From Arachnia propionica (GTDB taxonomy: Bacteria; Actinomycetota; Actinomycetes; Propionibacteriales; Propionibacteriaceae): a DNA stretch of 64,000 nt. Within the stretch, counting starts at the first letter, position 1. Each line of letters opens with the position of its first letter. The translations under genes were made by a program, and so were the position numbers. The notes below the pieces were generated by a model that saw nothing but the letters and a program-made list of their open reading frames with translations, had not been told where the DNA came from and did no database searches. This document shows positions 20,378 to 31,731 of this stretch, one piece after another. The stretch is from the NCBI GenBank assembly GCA_002748325.1, contig PDSD01000038.1, positions 4,523-68,522 on the forward strand, in the 5' to 3' direction.

Positions 20378-21456
20378 GTAGCCCGCCTTTCTGGATTGAG
20401 CTCAACCAGCGCCTGTTTCAATAGTTCCATTTCGTCGGCTGTACCAACCGTGGCACGAAGATAGCCTTCCGGGCCAGTCTCGCGGATCAAAATGCCGCGC
20501 TCCAGTAGGCCAAGCCAGACGGCATGGCGGTCGCCGAACCGGCCGAACAGCACGAAATTTGCGCCAGAGTCTAAAGCGTGGAATCCCGCCGAGCGTAGCC
20601 AGGCGGTGAACTCGCGCAACCGGTCGGATATTTCCTGCACCCGAGCCAGCAACTCGTCGGCGTGCTCGATGGCCACCTGGGCAACCACCTGGGTCTGCAA
20701 ACTCAGGTGGTACGGCAATCGCACGACGCGACAGACATCGACGATCTGCGGCGATGCCACCAGGTAACCGAGCCGACCGCCGGACATCGCGAAGGCTTTG
20801 CTCATCGTGCGACTTACAATCAGGTTGTCGTGGCGTGGCAGCAGCGTAATCGCGCTGGGCTGGTTGGCGAACTCCTGGTAGGCCTCATCGACGACGATCA
20901 GCGTGCTGGTGGTTGCGCAGATCTCGTCGATGGTGGTCAGCGGCAGCACGGTGCCGGTGGGGTTGTTGGGGTTTGCCAGCAGCACCACGCTGGGCTGGTG
21001 GGCCTCGATAGCGGCCAGTACCGTCTGCGCAGAAACGCTGAAATCGGCCTCCCGGGGCAACTCCACATAATCGGTCAGGGTATTGCGGGCGTACTCGGGA
21101 TACATCGAATACGTCGGCCCGAAGGTCAACACCGTGCGTGCCGGGCCACCGAAGGCAGTCAACAGCTGCGTCATGATCTCGTTGGACCCGTTCGCTGGCC
21201 ACACCTGCTCAGGGGTGATGCCGTGGCCTAGGTAGCCAGCCAACGCCGTCCGTAACCCCATGGCCTCCCGGTCTGGGTAGCGGTTTAGGTCGCGCGCGGC
21301 CTCGCTTAGCCGCTGCCCCAACTCCTCACACAGCGCTGCACTGGGCGGGTATGGGTTTTCGTTGACGTTAAGTCGAACCGCCACGTCCAGCTGTGGTGCG
21401 CCATATGGCTCCATCCCGATCAGGTCTGGGCGCAGCGGCAGCCGATCAAGCTTCAT
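20374..21456 (-). CDS. hisC: histidinol-phosphate aminotransferase
   Basis: [30 protein letters not shown]; start ATG 21456. Confidence 0.96.
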   Translation of the reverse strand: MKLDRLPLRPDLIGMEPYGAPQLDVAVRLNVNENPYPPSAALCEELGQRLSEAARDLNRYPDREAMGLRTALAGYLGHGITPEQVWPANGSNEIMTQLLTAFGGPARTVLTFGPTYSMYPEYARNTLTDYVELPREADFSVSAQTVLAAIEAHQPSVVLLANPNNPTGTVLPLTTIDEICATTSTLIVVDEAYQEFANQPSAITLLPRHDNLIVSRTMSKAFAMSGGRLGYLVASPQIVDVCRVVRLPYHLSLQTQVVAQVAIEHADELLARVQEISDRLREFTAWLRSAGFHALDSGANFVLFGRFGDRHAVWLGLLERGILIRETGPEGYLRATVGTADEMELLKQALVELNPERRAT

Positions 21457-22750
21457 GGCTGTTCCGTACCGCGATTGCAGCTGCGTGGGCGGGCAGGTTC
21501 TCTGCTGCCGCGAAGTGCTGGATGCCTTCGGCGATCTGCGCAAGCGCGGCGGCGTCGTAGTCGATGACGTGCACGAAGCGCAGGAAACTGCGCACGGTCA
21601 GCCCTGAGGAAAAGCGGGCAGCCCCCGAGGTCGGCAACACATGGGTGGAACCGGCCGAATAGTCCCCCAGACTCACCGGCGAATGCGGCCCGACAAAGAT
21701 CGCTCCGGCGTTTCGTACCTGCTGGGCCAACTGTGCCGCGTTACGGGTGTGAATCTCCAGGTGTTCAGCGGCGTAGGCGTCGACGACTTCGCGGCCTTGC
21801 GCCAGGTCTCGCACCAAGATGGCGGCCGACTGCGGGCCGCTCAGCGCCGTGGCGACCCGTTCCCGGTGCTTGGTGGCAGCCACCTGTTCGGCCAGTTCGT
21901 GGTTGACCTGCGTAATCAATCCAGCCGAGTCGGTAACCAAGATGGAGCCAGCCATCGGGTCGTGCTCGGCCTGGGAGATCAGATCGGCGGCCACCAGCTT
22001 GGCCTGGGCAGTGTCGTCGGCAAGAATGGCGATCTCGGTGGGGCCAGCCTCGGAATCGATGCCGACCACGCCTCGTAGCGCACGCTTGGCCGCCACCACG
22101 TAGATGTTGCCGGGGCCAGTAACCAGCGAGACTGGCTCGCACAAGTCAGACACCCCATACGCAAACATGGCTATCGCCTGGGCGCCGCCAACCGCATACA
22201 CCTCGTCAATTCCCAACAGGTGGCACAGCGCCAGGATCGACGGATGCGGCCAGCCATCGAATTCGGCTTGCGGCGGCGAAGCCACCGCGATGCTGCCAAC
22301 CCCCGCGGCCTGGGCCGGTACTGCATTCATGATCACGCTGGAAGCAAGCGGGGCAAGACCTCCTGGCACGTACAGCCCGACCCTCTCCACCGGAATGCTG
22401 CGAAGCCCTACGTGAGCGCCGGGCGCCAATTCAACCGGCGGCGAGTCAGGGAGCGACTCCAGTTGTGCCGCGACCAATCGTCGCCGAGCAATGGCCACCT
22501 CAAAGGAATCCCGCAGCCGCGGATCTAGCTCGGCAAAGCAACGCTGCAGCAGTTCCGCCGGAACCCGCACGCTGGCTGGCGAGCAGCCATCGAATTGTTG
22601 GCTGAATCGTTGCAGGGCGGCCAGCCCCTCGACCCGCACCGCATCACAGATCGGTTTCACCTGCGAAACGGCGCTGGCAACGTCAAACTCGGCGCGTGGC
22701 AGCGCCGCGTGATAGTCGCTCAGCCCGGTAAAGTCACAAGTTCTCAACAT
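21446..22750 (-). CDS. hisD: histidinol dehydrogenase
   Basis: [51 protein letters not shown]. Confidence 0.97.
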   Translation of the reverse strand: MLRTCDFTGLSDYHAALPRAEFDVASAVSQVKPICDAVRVEGLAALQRFSQQFDGCSPASVRVPAELLQRCFAELDPRLRDSFEVAIARRRLVAAQLESLPDSPPVELAPGAHVGLRSIPVERVGLYVPGGLAPLASSVIMNAVPAQAAGVGSIAVASPPQAEFDGWPHPSILALCHLLGIDEVYAVGGAQAIAMFAYGVSDLCEPVSLVTGPGNIYVVAAKRALRGVVGIDSEAGPTEIAILADDTAQAKLVAADLISQAEHDPMAGSILVTDSAGLITQVNHELAEQVAATKHRERVATALSGPQSAAILVRDLAQGREVVDAYAAEHLEIHTRNAAQLAQQVRNAGAIFVGPHSPVSLGDYSAGSTHVLPTSGAARFSSGLTVRSFLRFVHVIDYDAAALAQIAEGIQHFAAAENLPAHAAAIAVRNSHEA

Positions 22751-23297
22751 CGGCTGCCACTTTATCCTCACCCAGCTCGTGCGGCGTCTCCGGCCACACT
22801 GCGGAAAACAACATCAGCGGAATCACGGCGGCAAATGGGGCAACCAGCAAGGCTGACCAGGCGCTCAATTGCAGGTCAATGGCGACGGTATCCCCAGGGC
22901 TAGCCAAGGCTAGGCGCTCATGAAAATCAGCGGGCGATAACGCCAAGCCCAATTGCCAGCACAGCACACTTAATAGTGTCGCCATTGCCAGCGTCAGGAT
23001 GAACAGCCACCAGCCGGCGTTGCGGAACCACAACCACGCCAGCACGCCGATGAACAGGCCGCCGACAGCGGTGAGCAAAACGAAGAGCGCATCAGCCGCG
23101 AAAACCGATGCCAAGCCATTTTCACTTTGCACCGCAGTGAGCTGCTCGGTGACGACATAGCCGGGCCGGAAGCTCGCGAAGGCCCAAATGACAGCTGAGC
23201 TGCCGCCCGCCGCGGCGGTGGCGGCAACTAGCCACAGCAGCCGCCACTGCACCCCAACGCCCAATCGCCAGTTTGCTGACTTCACGAATCGCGACAT
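22734..23297 (-). CDS. hypothetical membrane protein (about 4 TM)
   Basis: Hydrophobic ORF filling the gap between dnaE and hisD, same strand. Confidence 0.7.
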   Translation of the reverse strand: MSRFVKSANWRLGVGVQWRLLWLVAATAAAGGSSAVIWAFASFRPGYVVTEQLTAVQSENGLASVFAADALFVLLTAVGGLFIGVLAWLWFRNAGWWLFILTLAMATLLSVLCWQLGLALSPADFHERLALASPGDTVAIDLQLSAWSALLVAPFAAVIPLMLFSAVWPETPHELGEDKVAADVENL

Positions 23298-23299
23298 GG

Positions 23300-26200
23300 C
23301 TATTGCCTTTCCACCCGGACTGCGGCTGCGCCAAGTAACACCTTCAGATCTGCAAACAGCCCCGACTCAGCGTGGACCCGGTACGCATCCCCCAGGTTAA
23401 ACGCCGTAACGCGATCCTCGCTGCTAACCCGCAGATGGACCTCGCTGCGGCCGGGGTGACCGGTTAAGACGTTCTTCAGGCTGGAGATCACGTTAGGGGT
23501 ACAGCGGGCGGCCGGCAGCGACAAGATCACCGTAACGTTGTCATCGCCTGGCGCATTGGCGCTGGTTTGGCGAATCTCGCGGGCACGCATCCGCACCCGA
23601 TCTTCGGTAGCGTCCACATCGCCGATGATGGTTACCAGGGTGTCGGGCTGCAGGAAGTCCGCGACCTGGTCGTAGGTCTGAGTAAAGATCAAGACTTCAA
23701 TGGAGTTGACCAGGTCTTCCAAGGTCACCACGGCATAGATTTTGCCGCTCTTATTGATCTTGCGTTGCACTGACGTGATCAAACCACACACTGAAGTGCG
23801 CCCACGGTAACCATCAGGCATGCTCAACTCGGTGACGCTGTGCTGCCCGTTGGCCTTGATCACGTGCTCCAGCCCGTTCAATGGGTGATCCGAGACGTAA
23901 AGTCCGAGCATTTCTCGCTCAAATGCGAGTTTCACCCGCCGCTCCCACTCGGCAACCTCGGGAACCTCGACGCGGAACAGCTGAGTTGACTGGGTGCCAC
24001 CGTCCATCGCGAACAGATCGTCCTGCCCGTTGGCGGCGTTGCGCTTCACGTCAATCACGCCGTCGACTGCCTCCTCGAACACCGCCATCAAGCCTTGCCT
24101 GGTGTGGCCGAGCTCGTCGAAGGCACCCGCCTTGATCAGCGACTCGATTAGCCGCCGATTGCAGATCGGCAACGGCGCCTTGTCCAGGAAGTCGGAAAAG
24201 CTCTTAGCCGGGCCAACCTTTTCACGTTCGGCCACCCATGCAGTAACGGCCTTGTCGCCTACATTACGAACCGCGCCCAACCCGAACCGGATATCGTCGC
24301 CGACGGCGGTAAAGGCTAGTTCCGAGGAGTTCACGTCGGGCGGCAACACCCGGATCCCCAAGTGCCGACATTCCGCCAAGTAAAGCGCCGACTTATCCTT
24401 ATCGTCGCGCACTGATTGCAGCAGGGCCGCCATGTACTCGGTCGGATAGTTCGCTTTCAAGTACGCGGTCCAATAGGAGACCACGCCATAGGCGGCAGAG
24501 TGCGCCTTGTTGAAGGCGTACTTGGAGAAGGGCAGCAGCACATCCCACAACGTCTTGGTCGCATTCTCGGAGAAGCCACGTTCGGTCATCCCGGCCGAAA
24601 AGACCTCGAACTGGGCCTCCAACTCTTTGGTTTTTTTCTTGCCCATGACTCGGCGCAGCACGTCAGCGCCGCCCAGCGAATAGCCAGCCAGCTGCTGCGC
24701 GATTGCCATTACTTGCTCCTGGTAAACGATCAGCCCGTAGGTCTCGCTCAGGATTGGATCCAGCGCTTCTGCCAACTCCGGGTGCAGCGGCTGCACCGAC
24801 TCGCGGCCGGTCTTGCGTCGGGCGTACTTGTTGTGTGAGTCCGCCCCCATCGGGCCTGGGCGGTAGAGCGCACCTACGGCGGAGATGTCTGCGAAGCAGT
24901 CGGGCTTCATGGAGCGAAGCAGCTGGCGCATCGCCGCTCCGTCGAGCTGGAAGACGCCCAGCGTGTCGCCGGCGGCAAGCAGTTCGTAGGTCTTGGAGTC
25001 GTCCAGCGAAAGCGAATCCAGATCGACGTCTACCCCGCGGTTGCGTTTGATGTTTTGCACCGCGTCATCAACGACGGTGAGGTTTCGCAACCCGAGGAAG
25101 TCCATCTTGATCAGCCCGAGGGACTCACAGCTGTGATAGTCGAACTGGGTGATGATGGCGCCATCCGCCTCGCGCTTCATCAGCGGAATAACGTCCATCA
25201 GCGTTTCGGCTGACATGATTACCCCGGCGGCATGGACGCCCCACTGCCGCTTCAGCCCCTCGATGCCCCTGGCGGTATCCACCACGGTGCGAACCTCGGC
25301 CTCCCGGTCATACAGTTCGCGAAACTCCACGCCTTCGGAGTACCGCTCATGGGATTTATCGAAGATCTCGCTTAGGGTCACTCCCTCGCCTTGCACGTCC
25401 GGCGGCACGGCCTTGCTGATCCGCTCCCCCAACGAGTAGTCCATGTCGAGCACCCGGGCGGCGTCCTTCACCGCGGCCTTCGCCTTAATCGTGTTGTACG
25501 TGACGATTTGGGCCACCTTGTCGCTGCCGTACTTGTCGCTGACGTACCTGATGACCTCGCCGCGACGACGATCGTCGAAGTCAATGTCGAAGTCGGGCAG
25601 CGAGACGCGCTCGGGGTTCAAGAATCGCTCGAACAGCAGGCCATGCTCCAGCGGATCCAGATCAGTGATGCGCATCGCATAAGCACAAATCGAGCCGGCT
25701 CCGGAGCCCCGCCCTGGGCCAACTCGGATCCCCTCTTTCTTCGCCCAGTTGATGAAGTCGGCCACGACCAGGAAGTAGCCCGAATACTTCATCGAGGTGA
25801 TCGTCTTGATCTCGAAATTGGCCCGTTCCCGGATTTCATCGGTGATGCCGCGGGGATAGCGCTCGCGCAGCCCGCGCTCCACCTCCGCGATGAACCAGGA
25901 CTCTTCGTCGTAGCCATCGGGGCAATCGAACCTCGGCATGTACGCGCCCAGGCTCTCGGTGAAGTCGATCTCCACCCGATCGGCAATCTCCAGCGTGTTG
26001 TCGCAAGCCTCGGGTAGCTCAGCAAACAGGCTGCGCATCTCTGCAGCGCTCTTCAGGTAGTAGCCCTGGCCATCGAAGCGAAAGCGATTCTCCTGCGCCT
26101 TACGCGAGCCAGACGACACACACAACAGGGTGTCTTGGGCGTCCGCATCATCGGCGTGGACGTAGTGCAGATCATTGGTGGCAACCAACGGCAACGAAAG

Positions 26201-26827
26201 ATCCTTGGCTAGCCGCAGCAGGTCCTTGCGCACCCGGCGCTCGATCTCCAAGCCATGATCCATCAGCTCGATGTAGAAGTTGCCCTGACCGAAGATGTCA
26301 ACGAACTCACCCGCGGCCTGCCGCGCGTTCTCGTATTGCCCAAGCCGCAAAAAGGTTTGGATCTCGCCGGAGGGACAACCCGAGGTGCCGATCAACCCGT
26401 TGCCGTAGGTCTGCAGCAGTTCCCGGTCGGCGCGCGGCTTGTAAAAGAAGCCTTCGAGCGAGCTGCGGGTACTGAGCTTGAACAGATTGTGCATGCCAGC
26501 CGTGTTCTGGGCCCACAAGGTCATGTGGGTGTAGGCACCCTTGCTGGCCACATCGTCGCCGGTGCCGTCGCCGAACTGGACCCGTTTGCGTTCGCTGCGG
26601 TGGGTCCGCGGCGTGAGATATGCCTCTAGTCCGATCACCGGCTTCACATCGAATTCCTTGCTGGCCGCGTAGAACTCATACGCCCCGAACATGTTGCCGT
26701 GATCCGTGATTCCCAGCGCAGGCATCCCTTGGGCTTGCGCGGCAGCAAACAGCTCTTTGATCCGTGCCGCACCGTCCAGCATCGAAAAGTCAGTGTGGCA
26801 GTGCAGATGCGCGAAGTTCTCGGCCAA
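23300..26827 (-). CDS. dnaE: DNA polymerase III alpha subunit
   Basis: PHP HLHCHT..SMLDG, GRGSGAGS, PDFDIDF, KMDFLGL, FNKAHSAAY, OB fold; TTG start after SD GAAGGAG; no intein-sized insert. Confidence 0.97.
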   Translation of the reverse strand: MAENFAHLHCHTDFSMLDGAARIKELFAAAQAQGMPALGITDHGNMFGAYEFYAASKEFDVKPVIGLEAYLTPRTHRSERKRVQFGDGTGDDVASKGAYTHMTLWAQNTAGMHNLFKLSTRSSLEGFFYKPRADRELLQTYGNGLIGTSGCPSGEIQTFLRLGQYENARQAAGEFVDIFGQGNFYIELMDHGLEIERRVRKDLLRLAKDLSLPLVATNDLHYVHADDADAQDTLLCVSSGSRKAQENRFRFDGQGYYLKSAAEMRSLFAELPEACDNTLEIADRVEIDFTESLGAYMPRFDCPDGYDEESWFIAEVERGLRERYPRGITDEIRERANFEIKTITSMKYSGYFLVVADFINWAKKEGIRVGPGRGSGAGSICAYAMRITDLDPLEHGLLFERFLNPERVSLPDFDIDFDDRRRGEVIRYVSDKYGSDKVAQIVTYNTIKAKAAVKDAARVLDMDYSLGERISKAVPPDVQGEGVTLSEIFDKSHERYSEGVEFRELYDREAEVRTVVDTARGIEGLKRQWGVHAAGVIMSAETLMDVIPLMKREADGAIITQFDYHSCESLGLIKMDFLGLRNLTVVDDAVQNIKRNRGVDVDLDSLSLDDSKTYELLAAGDTLGVFQLDGAAMRQLLRSMKPDCFADISAVGALYRPGPMGADSHNKYARRKTGRESVQPLHPELAEALDPILSETYGLIVYQEQVMAIAQQLAGYSLGGADVLRRVMGKKKTKELEAQFEVFSAGMTERGFSENATKTLWDVLLPFSKYAFNKAHSAAYGVVSYWTAYLKANYPTEYMAALLQSVRDDKDKSALYLAECRHLGIRVLPPDVNSSELAFTAVGDDIRFGLGAVRNVGDKAVTAWVAEREKVGPAKSFSDFLDKAPLPICNRRLIESLIKAGAFDELGHTRQGLMAVFEEAVDGVIDVKRNAANGQDDLFAMDGGTQSTQLFRVEVPEVAEWERRVKLAFEREMLGLYVSDHPLNGLEHVIKANGQHSVTELSMPDGYRGRTSVCGLITSVQRKINKSGKIYAVVTLEDLVNSIEVLIFTQTYDQVADFLQPDTLVTIIGDVDATEDRVRMRAREIRQTSANAPGDDNVTVILSLPAARCTPNVISSLKNVLTGHPGRSEVHLRVSSEDRVTAFNLGDAYRVHAESGLFADLKVLLGAAAVRVERQ

Positions 26828-26929
26828 CCCAATCTCCTTCTTATCGTTGCACCAGACTAGTCGGTGCTGCTGCCAAACTGTTTCAGCACGCGGCTGCCGC
26901 AGACCATACCGGGGTGAGCCCGGCAAAGC

Positions 26930-27268
26930 TCACTGCTCTTGGGACAAGATCACCTCGGCGAAGCAAGACCGGCTCCCGGTGTGACAAGCCGGCCCCACCT
27001 GGTCGATCTCTACCAGTAGCGCGTCGCGGTCGCAGTCGGCACGAACGCTGCGCACGTGCTGCACGTGCCCAGAGGTTTCACCTTTAACCCACAGCTGTTG
27101 GCGGCTGCGAGAATAGTAGGTGCCGCGGCGGGTCTGCAGCGTCGCTGCCAGCGCCTCCCGGTTCATCCAGGCCAACATCAGCACCTGGCCAGTCTCGGCG
27201 TCCTGCGCGATCGCAGGTAGTAGCCCTGCCTCATTCCACCGCAACTGCTCAACCATCGATGCGTCCAT
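26930..27268 (-). CDS. hisI: phosphoribosyl-AMP cyclohydrolase
   Basis: [35 protein letters not shown]. Confidence 0.96.
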   Translation of the reverse strand: MDASMVEQLRWNEAGLLPAIAQDAETGQVLMLAWMNREALAATLQTRRGTYYSRSRQQLWVKGETSGHVQHVRSVRADCDRDALLVEIDQVGPACHTGSRSCFAEVILSQEQ

Positions 27269-27272
27269 CAAA

Positions 27273-28760
27273 CTAGCTCAGCTTTTCCAAGATCAGTTCC
27301 CGAACCTTCGCGGCATCAGCCTGCCCACCCATTGCGCGCATTACCTGCCCAATCAACGCACCGGCGGCCTGCTGCTTGCCGCCACGGATCTTGTCCGCCA
27401 CCTCCGGGTTCGCCTCGATGGCGGCGTCCACGGCTGCTGACAACGCCGCCACATCGGAGACCACGACCAAGCCCTTGGCGGCTACGATGTCCGCCGGTTC
27501 GCCCTCACCGGCCAGTACCGCATCGAATACCTGACGGGCGATGCGATCAGTGATCTTGCCGTCGTCTATCAGCTGTTGCACCTCGGCCACTTGCGCGGGC
27601 GTGATCGCCAGCTCGCTCAGCTCGATGTCTTGTTCGTTCGCCCGGCGGGCCAGTTCGCTGACCCACCACTTGCGGGCGGCCTGCGGGGCGGCTCCTGCCG
27701 CCACCGTCGCGTCGATCAGATCAAGGGCGCCAGCGGCCACGACGTTGGCAAGTTCAGCGTCGCTCAAGTTCCAATCCTGCTGCAGTCGACGCCGGCGCAA
27801 GGCCGGCGGTTCCGGCAGCGTGGCCCGCAGCCGCTCCACCCATTCTGCGCTTGGGGCGATGGGCACTAAGTCCGGCTCGGCGAAGTAGCGGTAATCCTCG
27901 GCTTCCTCCTTGCTGCGGCCTGGGCTGGTGGTGCCGTCGGCCTCGTTGAAGTGCCGGGTTTCTTGTTTCACTCGCTGGCCAGCATCCAATAGCGCCGCCT
28001 GGCGGCGCATCTCGTAGCGCACGGCCCGCTCCAGGGTGCGCAGCGAGTTCACGTTCTTGGTTTCGGTGCGGGTGCCGAGCTCGCTGGCACCAATCGGCAT
28101 CAGCGAGACGTTGACGTCGCAGCGCAGCGAGCCTTGTTCCATCCGCACATCCGAGACTTCCAGTGAGCGCAGCAGATCGCGCAGATAGGCGACGTAGGCC
28201 CGGGCTACCGCTGGGGCGTTGGCACCGGTGCCGCGAATCGGCTTGGTCACGATCTCGATCAGCGGCACCCCAGCGCGGTTGTAGTCCAGCAGCGAGTACT
28301 GGGCGCCGTGGATCCGGCCGCTGCCGCCAACGTGCAGCGACTTGCCGGTGTCCTCCTCCATGTGCGCGCGCTCGATCTCGACCGTGACGCTCTCGCCTGC
28401 CACGTCGAGTTCCACCTGGCCGTCGAAGGCGATCGGCTCGTCATACTGCGAGGTCTGAAAGTTCTTCGGCATGTCGGGATAGAAGTAGTTTTTGCGGGCC
28501 ATCCGCGACCAGGGCGCGATTTCACAGCCCAGCGCCAGGCCGATTCGCATGGCCGATTCCACCGCCTGCTTATTGATTACCGGCAGTGACCCTGGCAGCC
28601 CGAGGCACACCGGGCAAGTCTGGGTGTTCGGTTCGGCCCCGAAGTCGGTGGCGCAGCCACAAAACATCTTGGAAGCAGTCGACAGCTCGACGTGCACCTC
28701 AAGCCCCAGGACGGGCTCGTAGCGCTCTAGCAGCTCGGCAAAGTCAATCAAGTCGGTCAT
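27273..28760 (-). CDS. gatB: Asp/Glu-tRNA amidotransferase subunit B
   Basis: [42 protein letters not shown]. Confidence 0.97.
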   Translation of the reverse strand: MTDLIDFAELLERYEPVLGLEVHVELSTASKMFCGCATDFGAEPNTQTCPVCLGLPGSLPVINKQAVESAMRIGLALGCEIAPWSRMARKNYFYPDMPKNFQTSQYDEPIAFDGQVELDVAGESVTVEIERAHMEEDTGKSLHVGGSGRIHGAQYSLLDYNRAGVPLIEIVTKPIRGTGANAPAVARAYVAYLRDLLRSLEVSDVRMEQGSLRCDVNVSLMPIGASELGTRTETKNVNSLRTLERAVRYEMRRQAALLDAGQRVKQETRHFNEADGTTSPGRSKEEAEDYRYFAEPDLVPIAPSAEWVERLRATLPEPPALRRRRLQQDWNLSDAELANVVAAGALDLIDATVAAGAAPQAARKWWVSELARRANEQDIELSELAITPAQVAEVQQLIDDGKITDRIARQVFDAVLAGEGEPADIVAAKGLVVVSDVAALSAAVDAAIEANPEVADKIRGGKQQAAGALIGQVMRAMGGQADAAKVRELILEKLS

Positions 28761-30202
28761 GCTTGGCTCTCCAACGCCGCCCCAATGCGATAAACCAGGT
28801 GATCCGCCAGCGGCGGTGCGATCACCTGGAAGCCAACCGGTAGCCCGGCCTCGTCGGTGCCAACCGGGAACGAACCGGAGGCGTTGCCCGCCAGGTTCGA
28901 CGGGATCGTGCACAGGTCGGCTCGGTACATGGCCATCGGGTCACTCATCCGCTCCCCCAACTTAAACGCGACGGTCGGGGTGGTCGGCGATACCAGCACG
29001 TCAACCTGGGCGAAGGCTGCCTCGAAGTCCCGAATCACTAGGGTGCGTACCCGCTGGGCTGAGCCGTAGTACGCGTCGTAGTAGCCAGCCGACAGCGCGT
29101 AGGTGCCGATGATGATGCGGCGCTTGGCCTCCCGGCCAAACCCTTCCTCCCGAGTCAGGTTCATGACCTCCTCGGCGCTGTTGCTGCCGTCGTCGCCTGC
29201 CCGCAGGCCGTAGCGCATTCCGTCGAAGCGCGCCAGGTTGCTCGACAGTTCCGAGGGCTGGATCAAGTAGTAGGCAGGCAGCGCGTAGTCGAAAGCCGGG
29301 CAAGAAACCTCGACGATCTCGGCCCCCATCGCCGCCAGTTTGGCAACGGCCTCATTGAAGCGCGCTGTGACGGCAGGCTCGTAGCCATCGCCGGCGAACT
29401 GCGTCACCACCCCGATGCGCATCCCAGCGACATCGCCCTGGCTGGCCGCCGCGATGACATCGGGCATCGGCTGGTCGATGCTGGTGGAGTCCATCGGGTC
29501 ATGACCGGCGATCACGTCGTGCAGCATGGCGGCGTCCAGCGTGGTCCGGGCGCAGGGGCCTGGCTGGTCCAGGCTGGAAGCCATCGCTACGACGCCGTAG
29601 CGCGACACCGCGCCGTAAGTGGGCTTCACCCCGACCGTTCCAGTCACCGCGGCGGGCTGGCGGATCGAGCCGCCGGTATCGGAACCGATAGCCAGCGGAC
29701 AGTACCCGGCGGCCACCGCCGCGGCCGAACCGCCGCCGGAGCCGCCGGGCACCCGCGAAAGATCTACTGGATTGCGGGTCGGCCCGAAGGCAGAGGTCTC
29801 GGTGGAAGAGCCCATCGCGAACTCATCCATGTTGGTCTTGCCGAGGATTACCATCCCGGCTTCGCGGATGCGCTGCACCACCGTGGCCTCATAAGGCGGC
29901 ACCCAGTCGGCTAGCATGCGCGACCCACAGGTCGTCGGCATGTCTCTGGTGCAATGGTTGTCCTTGATCGCGATCGGCACCCCGGCCAGCGGTGCCAGCT
30001 GGTCACCGGCCGCGCGGCGGCGATCAATCTCGGCCGCCGTATGCAGCGCGGCGGTTTCAGCAATGTGTAGGAATGCGTTGGTCTCGCCATCGCTAGCGGC
30101 GATCCGGTCCAGGTGGGCCTGGGTTAGCTCGACGCTGCTTAGATCCCCGGCGCGCAGCGCCGCTGACTGTTCGGCGGCGCTCAGTTGGGTGAGATCGCTC
30201 AT
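28757..30202 (-). CDS. gatA: Asp/Glu-tRNA amidotransferase subunit A
   Basis: [33 protein letters not shown]. Confidence 0.97.
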   Translation of the reverse strand: MSDLTQLSAAEQSAALRAGDLSSVELTQAHLDRIAASDGETNAFLHIAETAALHTAAEIDRRRAAGDQLAPLAGVPIAIKDNHCTRDMPTTCGSRMLADWVPPYEATVVQRIREAGMVILGKTNMDEFAMGSSTETSAFGPTRNPVDLSRVPGGSGGGSAAAVAAGYCPLAIGSDTGGSIRQPAAVTGTVGVKPTYGAVSRYGVVAMASSLDQPGPCARTTLDAAMLHDVIAGHDPMDSTSIDQPMPDVIAAASQGDVAGMRIGVVTQFAGDGYEPAVTARFNEAVAKLAAMGAEIVEVSCPAFDYALPAYYLIQPSELSSNLARFDGMRYGLRAGDDGSNSAEEVMNLTREEGFGREAKRRIIIGTYALSAGYYDAYYGSAQRVRTLVIRDFEAAFAQVDVLVSPTTPTVAFKLGERMSDPMAMYRADLCTIPSNLAGNASGSFPVGTDEAGLPVGFQVIAPPLADHLVYRIGAALESQA

Positions 30203-30495
30203 GCTTCCTCGCTTAGGATCTGCGGTACCCGGAAGCGTTCTTGCTCGGCGGCCGGAGCGCCCGAGAGGGCCTGCTCGCGGGTTAGCGAGCTGCGTACTTC
30301 GTCGTCGCGAAAAACGTTGGTAAGCCCAATCGCGTGTGTGGTCATGGGCACGTCGGGTGTGGCCACCTCGCCGACGGCTTGCACCGATTCCAAGATGACA
30401 TCCAGCTCAGGCGCCAGTTCCTGGCACTCCTGCTCGCTCAGCCTGATTCTGGCTAACTCGCCCAACCGGGCGACGGCTTGCGGTGTAAGCCCCAC
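30199..30495 (-). CDS. gatC: Asp/Glu-tRNA amidotransferase subunit C
   Basis: LARI..., NVFRDD, FRVPQIL; SD GAGGAGG; upstream of gatA. Confidence 0.95.
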   Translation of the reverse strand: MGLTPQAVARLGELARIRLSEQECQELAPELDVILESVQAVGEVATPDVPMTTHAIGLTNVFRDDEVRSSLTREQALSGAPAAEQERFRVPQILSEEA

Positions 30496-30551
30496 GGTTC
30501 CTCCTCGGGTGTCCGGGAACCAATACTAGAGTGCCTAGGACACCTCGGCCA

Positions 30552-30755
30552 TCAGGCTCCCGTCATCGCCAGGAAAAACATGCGCGCCAAGAAGAACACG
30601 GCCACGCCGATCGCGACCACGACAATCGGGGTCAGAGCCCGCTGCCACTTCTTAACGCGGGTGCTTGGTACCTGGCTGGGCCCCCAGACGCCGCGGCCTG
30701 GTTGCGCCCGCAGCGGGCTTGGGCCGTTTAGGTTCAGGTCTGAAAAAAGTCCCAC
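30552..30755 (-). CDS. small hypothetical membrane protein
   Basis: One C-terminal TM; TAGAAT 7 nt before GTG 30755; fills the gap. Confidence 0.6.
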   Translation of the reverse strand: MGLFSDLNLNGPSPLRAQPGRGVWGPSQVPSTRVKKWQRALTPIVVVAIGVAVFFLARMFFLAMTGA

Positions 30756-30765
30756 GCCTTGCATT

Positions 30766-31731
30766 CTAGCCTTGGTACAACCATTCGCTTAGCTGCTCGG
30801 CAGCCTTGGCTTGGCGGCGCAGTTGTCTCGTCACTTGCGATGGCTGCCAACCTGCCATTCCACAGGCTGTTCCGACGATTAGTCGCGAGGCATCCGGGCT
30901 GCCAATAGCCTGCAAGATGCGCTCGGCTGTGGCCACCATTTCGGCTTCCTGCTGCTCCGGGTTGCCGGTGTCTACCACCCCCAGCACCACCGTCCGGCCG
31001 CTGGCCCACCAGGCAGCCAGCTGATCTAACTCGTCAGTGCCTCGTAGCAGTGCTGCATCTACGCTGACTGCCTGCAGCTGGGATTGTTGGGCGAGCTGCA
31101 GCCAGCTGCCGCCTGCGCAGCAATGCAGGATCGAATTGGGCGCAAAGCCCGCCAAGCCCGCGCGCAACTGATCAGCTGGGACTCCCGGATGTCGCCGTAG
31201 CCCGCTTTGGGTTCTGAGCGTGCCCGCATGTACGGCAACCAACAGCGGCTCGTCTAGCTGGTGGCGCACCGTTGCGGCGGGCAGGCGGTTGGCTAGCTCG
31301 TCGGTTAGTTGGGCGATGCCGATGGCCAACGCGTCGGTGACCTCGCGCACTGCTCCGGCGTCGCTAAGCAGCAGCTCGCCATTACGGCTTGCTACCGATC
31401 CGGCTAGCGTCCAGGGACCGGCGAATGCCACCTTGAGCGTCTGGTCGAATCCGGTCAGTAGTTCCTCGACGTCGTCTAGGTCACCTCGCCATTGTGCCTG
31501 CGCCCGGCGCTGCGCCGACGAGGGATGCGAAGCCAGGCGCCACTGTCCCCGATCCAACTCGAAGCCAAGCTCTGGCAACAGCGCCAGCGCCCGCCCGATG
31601 ATTTGTGAGCCTGGTCCGCGGGCAGGAAGTTCGGGCAACGGCAACAGCCGCGGGTAGCTCTGCGAGACTACGCCAAGCGCGCCGCGATAATCGGTGCCGG
31701 GCAGCGAACCAGCTGCGGTCGTGATTAGCAT
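30766..31731 (-). CDS. cobalamin-independent methionine synthase catalytic-domain-like protein
   Basis: TAAGSLPG, LPELPARGPG, GPWTLA, QLDEP, HCC and ACG Zn-ligand motifs; start overlaps the mnmA stop. Confidence 0.82.
   Translation of the reverse strand: MLITTAAGSLPGTDYRGALGVVSQSYPRLLPLPELPARGPGSQIIGRALALLPELGFELDRGQWRLASHPSSAQRRAQAQWRGDLDDVEELLTGFDQTLKVAFAGPWTLAGSVASRNGELLLSDAGAVREVTDALAIGIAQLTDELANRLPAATVRHQLDEPLLVAVHAGTLRTQSGLRRHPGVPADQLRAGLAGFAPNSILHCCAGGSWLQLAQQSQLQAVSVDAALLRGTDELDQLAAWWASGRTVVLGVVDTGNPEQQEAEMVATAERILQAIGSPDASRLIVGTACGMAGWQPSQVTRQLRRQAKAAEQLSEWLYQG

Noticed and set aside
23300-26827. Possible intein or error-prone dnaE2
   Set aside because: Length and motifs fit uninterrupted replicative DnaE1; no imuA/imuB nearby
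26854-26876. TTGGCAG-N10-TAGTCT upstream of dnaE, resembling the PafBC/RecA-NDp promoter
   Set aside because: Mismatch in the TGTC core and a single instance; only the -10 is credible
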